From an uncultured Gammaproteobacteria bacterium (lineage in GTDB: Bacteria > Patescibacteriota > Patescibacteriia > UBA1558 > UBA10009): a stretch of DNA of 64,000 nucleotides. The notes beneath the pieces are model-generated. The model ran no database searches, was not told the DNA's origin, and saw only the letters and a list, made by a program, of their open reading frames with translations. Made by a program: the position numbers and the translations under genes. The DNA lies in NCBI GenBank assembly GCA_964588165.1, contig CAZPMS010000002.1:105839-169838 (forward strand). The letters run 5' to 3'. Shown here piece after piece: positions 9,135 to 17,589 of the stretch (position 1 is its first letter; every line of letters starts with the position of its first letter).

Positions 9135-9256
9135 TATACTAAATGTCAATTATTTTAAAACAGCAATTTTAGCTAACTTTAGAAAACTATATGGTTATCA
9201 AATTAATTGTAAAGTTGGCCCTTGACACTTTTTTTATATTTTGCTAAGGTGAGCTA

Positions 9257-9467
9257 TTATTTAGAAAATATAAGAATTTTGTTTATGTTCAGGTGTCTGC
9301 TCGCCAGCGGCGAAGGCCTGGTCTCCCTCCTAGCTTGGCCGCTAGCCACTAAGTTAAGTTATCTGCCCTTGTGGCAGAAAGCTTACGCTGGTGAGTAGTA
9401 GTTTGGGCAGAAAGCTCAAATGTTCTTATAAAATAAAACCCTATTGTGTTTTTCACGATAGGGTTTT
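9257..9467 (+). ncRNA. candidate structured leader RNA / riboswitch-like element (unclassified), GC-rich, promoter-to-terminator unit without ORF
   Basis: ttgaca at 9222-9227 with taaggt -10; GC-rich segment 9290-9420 with multiple helices; ends in terminator hairpin ccctat...ataggg+tttt at 9439-9467, followed by RBS and lipoprotein gene. Confidence 0.35.
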
Positions 9468-9517
9468 AAAATGGTGGATATAAAGATCATTACATAAACA
9501 AGAAGGAGGGCATTGTT

Positions 9518-10060
9518 ATGAAGTGGTTCATTTCTTTGGCAGTATTGTTGTTATTGATATGTGGTTGTACTAATTCACCCACCAGCCCAAGTGGCGGTGG
9601 CGGCGGTTCAGAAGTGATTGAAAATCCCTGGGGCAGGACGGTAATTGTTGAAGGCGAAGTGGCCAACCTATCTTTAACGGCAACTTTTAATTTTGGGATT
9701 GCTGTTCTTATGGTTTCAATTGAAAACACTTCAGAGTTTATTCTGGAGCCGCACATGGTTGGCGAAAGCAACCAGTATTATTGCTATCTGGTAACTATCA
9801 TGGGTAGCGATGGTAACGTGCTTTCTACTCGGCCTTTTGGTTTGGATGAGTTTGAGGATAATTTTGATGATTCTCAACTTTCTCCCGGCCTAACCTATAC
9901 CGAGTACCAATGGATTTATCCTTGGAATTTACCCAATGATCCATTTGGCGGCCGGATGAAAGCCGAGGTTTGGCTTTCCAAAGAAGATGTTCCTGATACC
10001 ACCTATCATAGCTGGGCCGAAATTGATTTGGCAATTGATTGGTGGTTTGATGATGATTGA
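9518..10060 (+). CDS. hypothetical lipoprotein (signal peptide with LICGC lipobox-like motif, Gly-rich linker)
   Basis: 180 aa; strong SD aagaaggaggg; N-terminal hydrophobic signal followed by Cys. Confidence 0.6.
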   Translation: MKWFISLAVLLLLICGCTNSPTSPSGGGGGSEVIENPWGRTVIVEGEVANLSLTATFNFGIAVLMVSIENTSEFILEPHMVGESNQYYCYLVTIMGSDGNVLSTRPFGLDEFEDNFDDSQLSPGLTYTEYQWIYPWNLPNDPFGGRMKAEVWLSKEDVPDTTYHSWAEIDLAIDWWFDDD

Positions 10061-10131
10061 TTTTTATCAAACCAAAAACCGCTTCTTACATTTTGAGGCG
10101 GTTTTATTTTTGCCGAGGATAAATTTTTCGG

Positions 10132-10656
10132 TTACAGCAGTTTTTTTATTTCATCAGCTGCCTCTTGAATAGCTTGTTTAACTTTACCTTTTTCTAATAG
10201 CCCAAACCGGTTTAAAACAAATTTAGAAGTATCAACCATCTTACGGGGATTATCAGATGCAATACCCACTCTTATTCTGGTAAAGTTTTTAGTTTTTAAA
10301 TGATCCATTATAGATTTAACTCCGTTATGGCCGGCAGAACCGGAATCAGTTTGCACTTTAATTTTACCAAGAGGCAAATCCTTATCATCATGAACCACTA
10401 TAATATCTTCAGCTGTTAAATTATGTTTTTTAGCAGCATAGGCCACAGCTTGCCCGGAATTATTCATAAAAGCTTGAGGTTTATAAAGTTCAACTTCAAC
10501 TCCGTTAATCTCTTTTTTAAAATACTCAGCCTTGGCTTTTTTTGAACTATTCCACTTATCTTTTTCAATCAAAAAATCAAGAACCATAAAGCCTATATTA
10601 TGGCGAGTTTTAGCATATTGTTTGCCTGGATTGCCTAGGCCGATAATTAATTTCAT
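10132..10656 (-). CDS. pth: peptidyl-tRNA hydrolase
   Basis: 174 aa; MKLIIGLGNPG...RHNIGF motif. Confidence 0.9.
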   Translation of the reverse strand: MKLIIGLGNPGKQYAKTRHNIGFMVLDFLIEKDKWNSSKKAKAEYFKKEINGVEVELYKPQAFMNNSGQAVAYAAKKHNLTAEDIIVVHDDKDLPLGKIKVQTDSGSAGHNGVKSIMDHLKTKNFTRIRVGIASDNPRKMVDTSKFVLNRFGLLEKGKVKQAIQEAADEIKKLL

Positions 10657-10743
10657 ATTTTTAATATAGTCTTTCAGTCATTTAATCATCTAGCCTTTTT
10701 ATTTTATAAGACTCGAAGATTTAAAGATTAGAAGATTAGTTTT

Positions 10744-12072
10744 TTAATTTGTAAGCTTTCTCACCTTAATTATAATAGGTGTGCCTAAAAAGCCAAATTT
10801 TTCTCGCAGTTGGTTTTCCATAAATCGTACATAGGAAATGTGCAAATCAGATTTAAAATCTTTAACCAGCTCAAACTGCGGCGGGTTGGTAGAAATCTGC
10901 TTTAGTTTATGAATGCGCGGTTTTATAGCACCCTTGCCTTTGGCCGGCGGGTGTTTTTTAAGCAGGCTTTTTAAAAATCTATCTAAAGCGTTTTCGGTTA
11001 TTTCCCTAAACCTTTCATTATAAACTTCTTTAGCTACATCCAGCATTTTTTTTACCCTTTGTTTTTCCAGTGCCGAAGTAAAGATAATTGGAGCATAAGT
11101 TAAATAGGGGAAGAAGGCTTGATAATATTTAATGAATTTGTTAATTGTTTTTTCATCCTTATCATCTATTAAATCCCATTTGTTGGCAATTATTATTACA
11201 CTGCTAGAAGATTGCATAATTTCATCCGAAAGGTGCTTATCTTGCTTGCCCATGGGTTCGGCCACATCAGTAACCAGCAGAGTTACATCCGAACGGTTAA
11301 TGCTCTTTAATGATTGTTCTACGCTGTATCTTTCCAATTTACTTTTTATTTTATTCTTTTTTCTAACTCCGGCCGTATCCACCAAAACATAAGGTTGTTT
11401 TTTATAAGTTAGTTCAATATCTTGCGAGTCGCGGGTAGTATAGGGAGTAGGGCTGGTAATAACCCGTTCTTCTCCCAGGATGGCGTTTATGATAGAAGAT
11501 TTGCCTACGTTAGGTTTGCCGATAATAGCTATTCTAATTGAGCTGATAGCTTGTAGCGAGTAGTTAGTAGGTTTTTTGAAGTTTTTAATCACCTCATCCA
11601 ATAGGTCGCCAGTACCAGAACCGTTTATGGCAGAAACAGCTACGGGGTTGCCTATGCCAAGTTTATAAAATTCTTCAGTTTGTTTTTTAAGTTGAGGACT
11701 ATCTGCTTTATTGGTCACTAAAATAACTTTCTTACGGGCTTTTTTTAAAATTTTTGCCACATCTTTGTCCTGTGGCATTAAGCCAACTTTAACATCAACT
11801 AAAAATAAAATCAGGTCAGCTTCATTTAGGGCCACCTTGGCTTGGTTAATTACATCTTCTTCAAAAGCTTTATCGTGGACAATATCAACTCCGCCGGTAT
11901 CAATCAGCTTAAAGTCAAAACCGCCCCAAGAAATTTTGGTGTAGTTCCGGTCGCGGGTGGTGCCGGGGATATTGGAAACAATAGCTTTTTTTCTTTCCGT
12001 AAGTGTATTGAACAAAGTGGACTTGCCCACATTAGCCCGGCCGATTATAGCTACTTTTGGTAATTTATTCAT
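10744..12072 (-). CDS. der: ribosome-associated GTPase Der (EngA), tandem GTPase domains
   Basis: 442 aa; two G1 motifs GRANVGKST and GKPNVGKSS, KH-like C-terminus. Confidence 0.9.
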   Translation of the reverse strand: MNKLPKVAIIGRANVGKSTLFNTLTERKKAIVSNIPGTTRDRNYTKISWGGFDFKLIDTGGVDIVHDKAFEEDVINQAKVALNEADLILFLVDVKVGLMPQDKDVAKILKKARKKVILVTNKADSPQLKKQTEEFYKLGIGNPVAVSAINGSGTGDLLDEVIKNFKKPTNYSLQAISSIRIAIIGKPNVGKSSIINAILGEERVITSPTPYTTRDSQDIELTYKKQPYVLVDTAGVRKKNKIKSKLERYSVEQSLKSINRSDVTLLVTDVAEPMGKQDKHLSDEIMQSSSSVIIIANKWDLIDDKDEKTINKFIKYYQAFFPYLTYAPIIFTSALEKQRVKKMLDVAKEVYNERFREITENALDRFLKSLLKKHPPAKGKGAIKPRIHKLKQISTNPPQFELVKDFKSDLHISYVRFMENQLREKFGFLGTPIIIKVRKLTN

Positions 12073-12096
12073 TAAGTATTAGGAATTAATTGTATA

Positions 12097-12972
12097 TTAG
12101 GTAATTAAGTATATACCAATAACAATAAAAATTACAGATATAACTTTTAAAGCAATTATACTGCCTTTAAGCTCTTCTTTTAAAACTTTGGGATAAAAAA
12201 TACTGAACAGTAAAGCCAATATTAATAAAAATAGATATTGCAAAGATCCTAAAAGGCTTACTAAAGAAACTAAGCCGATAGATATGGCTGTTAGCATTGA
12301 TAGGGTTGCAATAATCACTGCCGATTCGTTTATGGCAACTATTTTTAAAGCTTTTCTATCATTGATAAATGATTTTTTTATAGTTTGCCAGTTAAATAAA
12401 AGAAAGGGAATAAAACCTATAAAAGCACCAATTTGGATAATGGTAAATAAATGAAACAGACTAATACTGGCCAATAAATATTTTTCCAGCAAAACTTGAG
12501 CCGCAAACAACAAACTTGAAAAGAACATATAGATCATCCACTTATTGGGTTTAACAGTAAAGCCTTTTTTTAGGGTAATAGTGAATAATCCAATAAGTAA
12601 AATTCCAGCGCCAAGATATTGATAGGCTGATAGTATCTCATGTAAAAAAATTCCAGCGCCAATAACTACCAATAAAGGTGCAATAGCAAACCAGGGTACC
12701 ACCCTGGAAACTTCTTCTAATTTAATTGCTTTAAAGTAGAGAATATTAACTACAGGATATAAAGCGCCATTTAATAATCCTAATAATAAAAGCGGTGAGT
12801 ATTCAATTTTTTGAAATAGAAAAAGTATTATTCCAACAATTAATCCTATGGTGCTTAGAAAAAAAACAAAGACGACCGGCTTTAATTTATATTTAGAAAT
12901 AACGTGTTTATCTATTATATTTACCCCGGCCCAAATTAAGGCCGCCAGTAATGAAAAAAATATCCAAGCCAT
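12097..12972 (-). CDS. EamA/DMT-superfamily membrane transporter
   Basis: 291 aa, ~10 TM helices, duplicated EamA-like halves. Confidence 0.55.
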   Translation of the reverse strand: MAWIFFSLLAALIWAGVNIIDKHVISKYKLKPVVFVFFLSTIGLIVGIILFLFQKIEYSPLLLLGLLNGALYPVVNILYFKAIKLEEVSRVVPWFAIAPLLVVIGAGIFLHEILSAYQYLGAGILLIGLFTITLKKGFTVKPNKWMIYMFFSSLLFAAQVLLEKYLLASISLFHLFTIIQIGAFIGFIPFLLFNWQTIKKSFINDRKALKIVAINESAVIIATLSMLTAISIGLVSLVSLLGSLQYLFLLILALLFSIFYPKVLKEELKGSIIALKVISVIFIVIGIYLIT

Positions 12973-13013
12973 ATTTAAGATAATAGCAAATTTATAGAAT
13001 TTTTTCTATATAA

Positions 13014-13070
13014 AAAGCCTTGCCTGCAGCGACGTGCAATTGCACGTCGGTACAAAAGCAGGCAAGGCTT
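13014..13070. repeat. 56-bp palindromic repeat element, copy 2; likely bidirectional terminator between LCP gene and EamA gene
   Basis: near-identical to 8306-8361; flanked by A-run and T-run. Confidence 0.8.
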
Positions 13071-13071
13071 T

Positions 13072-14649
13072 TTATTCTTCAATTACTTCATCGGTTGAGG
13101 TTGCCACTTCATCTGTACTGGTGGCGATATCTTCTTCAAGCTCCGGCAGTTTAAACCAGTTGGAATGGTCTAAGCCTAAAATAGCAATTAAGTCTGGGGA
13201 TTCATCCAACAATTCGTCATCTCCTTCAGAAACAGATGAACGGTATCTGTCTATCAAATAGTCAGGCACCGGTTTGGCAACATAGGCATTAAGCTCTTCT
13301 TTAAGATTTTTTAAAGAAGCTTTTTTTTGCCCATCAGTTAGGTCGTAAATAACTGTTCGTTGGTAATCCTGGCTGGGAGCATTGCCATAAGTAAAAATAT
13401 TGTAACCCAGTTTTTCTAAAAATGAGGCTGTCCAGTAAGCTAAGCCGCCTGTTTCGGTGCCGTTTAAAACTTCTACCCTGGCATATTCTTCTTTAATTTT
13501 GCCGGTATCAAAAATGTTGTTAAATTGCCTGGCTAAGGTTTCAAAGTTGCCGTCTTTTGGCTGTAAAATCCAGGCACCTTCTTCTGTAAAGCCGGGTTCT
13601 AAGATACTATCTGGCATATCATCCAAAACTATCCTGTATATTTTATCTTCGTCAGTTTCTTTTACCATGTTGGCAATTTTAATGGCTTGCCAAATGGACA
13701 TGTTGGTTTCCACAGAACTGCCTAAAAGGTCAAAAATTGCTGTAAGTTTTTGTGGTGAAAGCAAAGTAGAGAATTTAAAAACTTTATCTTTCATGCCCTG
13801 GAGGATAAGTTGCTGTCTGCGGCTTCGGGCAAAGTCTGAACCTTCAAAATTATTGCCATGGCGGGATCTGGCGTAAATTAAAGCAGTTTCGCCGTCCATA
13901 ATTTGCGGGCCTTGTTCAAAACTAACGGAAAAAGTTTTACCTTCAACATCGGTTGGGTATAGCGGGTCAGCAAAGGCTACGGGCACATCAACCGTTATGC
14001 CACCAATTTCATCAATAAATTCCATAAAGCCTTGGAAGGTAACTACGCCGTGGTAATGGATGTTAATCTCTAAGGTGTCTTCTATGGCCTGGGTAATATA
14101 TTCGGTGCCCTGGTCTTTTTCTTGAACTTTACCCATGGAATAAACCTGATTTATTTTATACCACTGGCCGTCCCTAAGTTTTACAATCATATCCCTGGGG
14201 ATAGAAATCATGCCCACCTCGCCGGTGGAAGGCTTAATGCTGGCTACAATAATAGTATCTGTTAAATAAGGGCCGTCGTGGCCTTCACCGCCAATGCCCA
14301 GGAGCAGTACATTAACCCTATCCTTAAATTCACCAGCCACTCTTTTATCGTTGGAAGTAACCAGCCTGGCCAGCCTGGAAAAAGGGTTATATTTGTTTAA
14401 ACCGGCCAAACCGCTGGAGGGGGCGAACAGCCTTTCCGAAAGATACATGGCTCCAGTTACCAAAACAATCAAAAGGGCTATTAAAAAGATTTTTAAAAAT
14501 GTATATTTTTTTATTTTTGGCTTTTCAAAGTCGGCCATGGGTTTTATTGGCGCTTTTTTTTGGTCAACTAAAAAATTAACCCGACTGTTTGATCGGTAGA
14601 TTTTATCTTGTTTTTTGTTTGAAGGCCTAAGGCCGTCTATGGGATTCAT
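13072..14649 (-). CDS. LytR-CpsA-Psr (LCP) family cell-wall polymer transferase with LytR_C domain
   Basis: 525 aa; N-terminal TM, LCP core (LLLGIGGEGHDGPYLTDTIIVASI...ISIPRDM), C-terminal domain. Confidence 0.85.
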   Translation of the reverse strand: MNPIDGLRPSNKKQDKIYRSNSRVNFLVDQKKAPIKPMADFEKPKIKKYTFLKIFLIALLIVLVTGAMYLSERLFAPSSGLAGLNKYNPFSRLARLVTSNDKRVAGEFKDRVNVLLLGIGGEGHDGPYLTDTIIVASIKPSTGEVGMISIPRDMIVKLRDGQWYKINQVYSMGKVQEKDQGTEYITQAIEDTLEINIHYHGVVTFQGFMEFIDEIGGITVDVPVAFADPLYPTDVEGKTFSVSFEQGPQIMDGETALIYARSRHGNNFEGSDFARSRRQQLILQGMKDKVFKFSTLLSPQKLTAIFDLLGSSVETNMSIWQAIKIANMVKETDEDKIYRIVLDDMPDSILEPGFTEEGAWILQPKDGNFETLARQFNNIFDTGKIKEEYARVEVLNGTETGGLAYWTASFLEKLGYNIFTYGNAPSQDYQRTVIYDLTDGQKKASLKNLKEELNAYVAKPVPDYLIDRYRSSVSEGDDELLDESPDLIAILGLDHSNWFKLPELEEDIATSTDEVATSTDEVIEE

Positions 14650-14700
14650 AAGTATAAAAATTATAGTAGTTTAGCAAGTCAAAGTCAATCTAAAAAGCTG

Positions 14701-14729
14701 TTGATTTATTGTTTTTCGGCTGATATAAT
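14701..14729 (+). promoter_or_regulatory. consensus-like promoter TTGATT-17-TATAAT for tRNA-Val
   Basis: ttgatt 14701-14706, 17-nt spacer, tataat 14724-14729; tRNA starts 13 nt later. Confidence 0.6.
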
Positions 14730-14741
14730 GGGCATACTTTT

Positions 14742-14817
14742 GGTCGTGTAGTTCAGCGGTTAGAATGCTTCGTTCACATCGAAGAGGCCCCTGGTTCGAA
14801 TCCAGGCACGACCACCA
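14742..14817 (+). tRNA. tRNA-Val (anticodon CAC)
   Basis: acceptor ggtcgtg/cacgacc, anticodon stem-loop cttcg-ttcacat-cgaag, T-arm cctgg-ttcgaat-ccagg, CCA encoded. Confidence 0.85.
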
Positions 14818-14822
14818 TAATA

Positions 14823-14908
14823 GACGTCCCGATGTCGCCTGTGGCGAATCGGGATCCCGACAGCCGACCAGTCGGCTCGTCGGGAGTTCGAATCCAGCAT
14901 TGTCCACC
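14823..14908 (+). other. two consecutive stable hairpins followed by tRNA-like 3' fragment (gttcgaatccag...tccacca)
   Basis: hairpins 14826-14854 and 14855-14887; 3' segment resembles T-loop/acceptor/CCA of adjacent tRNA-Val but no full cloverleaf can be folded. Confidence 0.4.
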
Positions 14909-14948
14909 ATTCAATTATATCGAGTATAAATATAAAAGTTAGAAAATT

Positions 14949-15323
14949 ATGTATAACATTCAAAAATGTCAAAAAATAGAGATAGAGCAAGGTACGTTTT
15001 TTCTGGGAGAGTCTACTAAAGAAAAAAGTGTAGGTTATCTTGAATTAAAACCTCACACTTCTTTAACAATCCATAATCGTCTAGGTGGAATTGAGAATTT
15101 AATTCAGGTTGAAGGGGACTCTGTGATGATTGTTTTTGATACCCCCAGCGGTACAAATTATAAGCTAAGTAAAGGTGATAAATTACAAATTAAGCCTGAA
15201 GGTGTCTGGCATATTCATAGTAATCCATTTGATAAAACTTCTTTAACTTATTGGTATTTTGAAGGGGATATTAGAAATGTGATTAAAGCAATAAGGGATG
15301 GTGCAGGAGAAAATAAGGGTTAG
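14949..15323 (+). CDS. cupin-domain protein (two-motif cupin signature)
   Basis: 124 aa; HxxxxxH...E and G...P.G..H...N motifs. Confidence 0.5.
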   Translation: MYNIQKCQKIEIEQGTFFLGESTKEKSVGYLELKPHTSLTIHNRLGGIENLIQVEGDSVMIVFDTPSGTNYKLSKGDKLQIKPEGVWHIHSNPFDKTSLTYWYFEGDIRNVIKAIRDGAGENKG

Positions 15324-16104
15324 TATTAGTAAGGGTTCGCGTGTCCGCCGAAACGTAGTGGATGCGGGACTCCTCCATTGCCCACCACTGTTTTATAGAT
15401 TATATATGATAAAATCATTCGATATTAAATTTTGGATTCTGTCAGCAATAATTTTATTTTGCCTAATTCTTATAATTACTGGGATGTTTACAGATGCAAT
15501 TTTGGCAGGAACAGCAGTTTTAATTGCATGGTACAGCTATGAAACTTTTTATTTAAGAAAAGAAATGAAAAGACAGCAAGATTTAGCTGAAACCCCAATA
15601 GTAAATTTGTACTTAAGGGGTAAAAAAGAAATTCCGAATTCAGAATATTTTACTTTAAGAAATGTTAGCTCAATTACAGCTTATAATATTACTATTGATT
15701 CAATTAAAATAAAGAATTTTAAATATACTTTTTATTTTGATCAACCAAATATTGTGCTTGAGCCAAATGGTGACGAAAAGCCATTGAAAATGAATACAAG
15801 AGAAAATCAAAATATGACGATGCACGACATGGTTTATTTTAAGAGCCATTTTTCGATAGGATTATCTGGTTTAGCTGATGATGAAATGAAAGATCGCTTT
15901 GCAACTTTTTTGATTCATTTAACAAATCTTTCAGGAAAACAGTTTTATTCAATATTTAAGTTCTATTCAAAAACACGCGTAACAAAAGAGTTTACAATTG
16001 AACACATAAAAACAGGTGAGGGGTTAATTTCTATAAGCGAAGCTGATAAAATTTCTGAAAGTGTAGAAAAAAGAAAAAGTATTTATAGTAGCGGTGATAT
16101 ATGA
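15298..16104 (+). CDS. hypothetical membrane-anchored protein (likely true start at ATG 15406)
   Basis: 268 aa ORF; N-terminal TM helix after internal Met; no recognisable domain. Confidence 0.45.
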   Translation: MVQEKIRVSISKGSRVRRNVVDAGLLHCPPLFYRLYMIKSFDIKFWILSAIILFCLILIITGMFTDAILAGTAVLIAWYSYETFYLRKEMKRQQDLAETPIVNLYLRGKKEIPNSEYFTLRNVSSITAYNITIDSIKIKNFKYTFYFDQPNIVLEPNGDEKPLKMNTRENQNMTMHDMVYFKSHFSIGLSGLADDEMKDRFATFLIHLTNLSGKQFYSIFKFYSKTRVTKEFTIEHIKTGEGLISISEADKISESVEKRKSIYSSGDI

Positions 16105-16574
16105 TTGAATATAATTTCCCAGTTACCACTACGCTCTGCTATATCCTTAATAACAAAGATGAAGTTTTGTTGATAATGAAAAAGCGGGGAGTGGGTGAGG
16201 GCAAATGGAACGGTCCGGGTGGAAAAGTTTCAGAAAAAGAATCAATAGAAGAAGCAGTTGTCAGAGAGGTAAAGGAAGAAACCGGCTTGGATATAAGTAA
16301 CGTAATTAATAAAGGCGTGCTGGAATTTGTGGCACCTCAAAAGCCGGAAATCCAAAGCAGGTGCCATATTTTTATTACCCGTGATTATAAAGGCAACATT
16401 ATAGAGTCAGAAGAATGCTACAGCCAGTGGCATCCTGTTAGCAAATTACCGTTTGATAAGATGTGGGAGGATGATATTTTATGGCTGGAAAAACTGCTTA
16501 AAGAAGAAGCAGAAGTTAAATACAGATTCTTTTTTGATAAGGATGAGAAAATGGAAAAGTATGAAGAGATATAA
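16101..16574 (+). CDS. NUDIX hydrolase
   Basis: 157 aa; Nudix box GGKVSEKESIEEAVVREVKEETGL. Confidence 0.8.
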   Translation: MIEYNFPVTTTLCYILNNKDEVLLIMKKRGVGEGKWNGPGGKVSEKESIEEAVVREVKEETGLDISNVINKGVLEFVAPQKPEIQSRCHIFITRDYKGNIIESEECYSQWHPVSKLPFDKMWEDDILWLEKLLKEEAEVKYRFFFDKDEKMEKYEEI

Positions 16575-16577
16575 GTG

Positions 16578-16720
16578 GCACGGATAAAACACAGATCTAT
16601 CACTGATGAAGCACTGATTTATCACAGATTTTAAGCCAGTTATTATTTTTAATTATTCGTGATAACTCCGTGAATATCAGTGATATATCAGCGTATATCA
16701 GTGAACTATCTGTATCCTTG
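16578..16720. repeat. iteron-like cluster of ATATCAG(T/C)GA direct repeats with inverted copies (TCACTGAT)
   Basis: three tandem direct copies at ~16672-16705 and inverted copies at ~16596-16640. Confidence 0.6.
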
Positions 16721-16766
16721 TTTGATAAAGATGAGAAAATGGAGAAATATGAAGAGATTTAAATAC
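16721..16766 (+). repeat. duplicated copy of the last ~45 nt of the Nudix gene (tttgataaagatgagaaaatggagaaatatgaagagat)
   Basis: matches 16535-16577 with few substitutions. Confidence 0.7.
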
Positions 16767-16774
16767 GCTGATAG

Positions 16775-16890
16775 CGCGAACTAAACGCAAACATAACGCT
16801 AACCGCTGACCCGCCAATTCGGGGAGCTGACAATTATTATGTTCGCGGTTGGCAAAAGTCAGCGCAAGTTTGCGTTATTTGCGCTATTGA
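16775..16890. mobile_element. MITE-like element with ~35-bp imperfect terminal inverted repeats (gatagcgcgaactaaacgcaaaca... / ...gtttgcgttatttgcgctattgat)
   Basis: IRs read directly; GC-richer core with nested helices; no ORF. Confidence 0.4.
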
Positions 16891-16946
16891 TTTAAACCTT
16901 TTTCTTTGCTATATTATGACTTATAACCCTTAATTTATTATAATTT

Positions 16947-17585
16947 ATGAACGACGTTTTGGATTTAAAGCCAGATGAAAACTCCCAACCTTCGTTGGAT
17001 AATAATTTAAATAACCAACCCTCTGCCTTTAAAAAAGTAAAGGAGTATTTGTGGGAAATAATTAAGATTGTGGTAATTTCCTTAATTATTATTGTGCCCA
17101 TAAGAATGTATGTAATCCAGCCTTTTATTGTTGAGGGCGAATCCATGATGCCTAATTTCCATGATGGGGAATATTTGATTGTGGATGAAATAAGCTACCG
17201 TTTTAATGATCCTCAAAGGGGAGAAGTGATTGTTTTTCATCCACCACAGGATTCTAAAAATTATTACATAAAAAGAATCATCGGTTTGCCCGGTGAAACC
17301 GTAGAATTAAGGGAAGGTAAGATTTTTATTTATAATGATGAGTTTAAAGATGGCAATAGATTAAATGAAAGTAATTATTTAACCCAGAGCAGTATAAACG
17401 AAGAAAGCAAAGTTAAACTGGCAGAAGACCAATATTATGTTATTGGCGATAACCGGGATAACAGTTTGGATTCCCGGCGAATCGGGCCAATTACTTCCAG
17501 CAATATAAAAGGTCGGGCCTTTTTTAGGGCTTTTCCTTTTAACACATTAACCTTACTGGAAACCCCGGAATATTTTTTTAATTAA
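16947..17585 (+). CDS. lepB: signal peptidase I
   Basis: 212 aa; GESMMP Ser box, YIKRIIGLPGE, GDNRDNSLDSR motifs. Confidence 0.85.
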   Translation: MNDVLDLKPDENSQPSLDNNLNNQPSAFKKVKEYLWEIIKIVVISLIIIVPIRMYVIQPFIVEGESMMPNFHDGEYLIVDEISYRFNDPQRGEVIVFHPPQDSKNYYIKRIIGLPGETVELREGKIFIYNDEFKDGNRLNESNYLTQSSINEESKVKLAEDQYYVIGDNRDNSLDSRRIGPITSSNIKGRAFFRAFPFNTLTLLETPEYFFN

Positions 17586-17589
17586 AAAT

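Noticed and set aside
9290-9420. SRP RNA, tmRNA, RNase P or 6S RNA identity for the GC-rich segment
   Set aside because: Conserved hallmarks were not found (SRP domain IV GGAA/AGCAG, tmRNA tRNA-like end and tag ORF, RNase P P4 motifs). Length (~200 nt) and position fit a cis-regulatory leader better, so it is reported only as unclassified.
14823-14908. A second full tRNA gene after tRNA-Val
   Set aside because: Only the T-loop/acceptor/CCA part is tRNA-like. The 5' part forms two unrelated perfect hairpins and no acceptor-stem partner exists, so it is reported as a tRNA-like fragment instead.
14671-14990. Minus-strand ORFs 14671-14910 and 14760-14990
   Set aside because: They overlap tRNA-Val and the hairpin/tRNA-like region; spurious.
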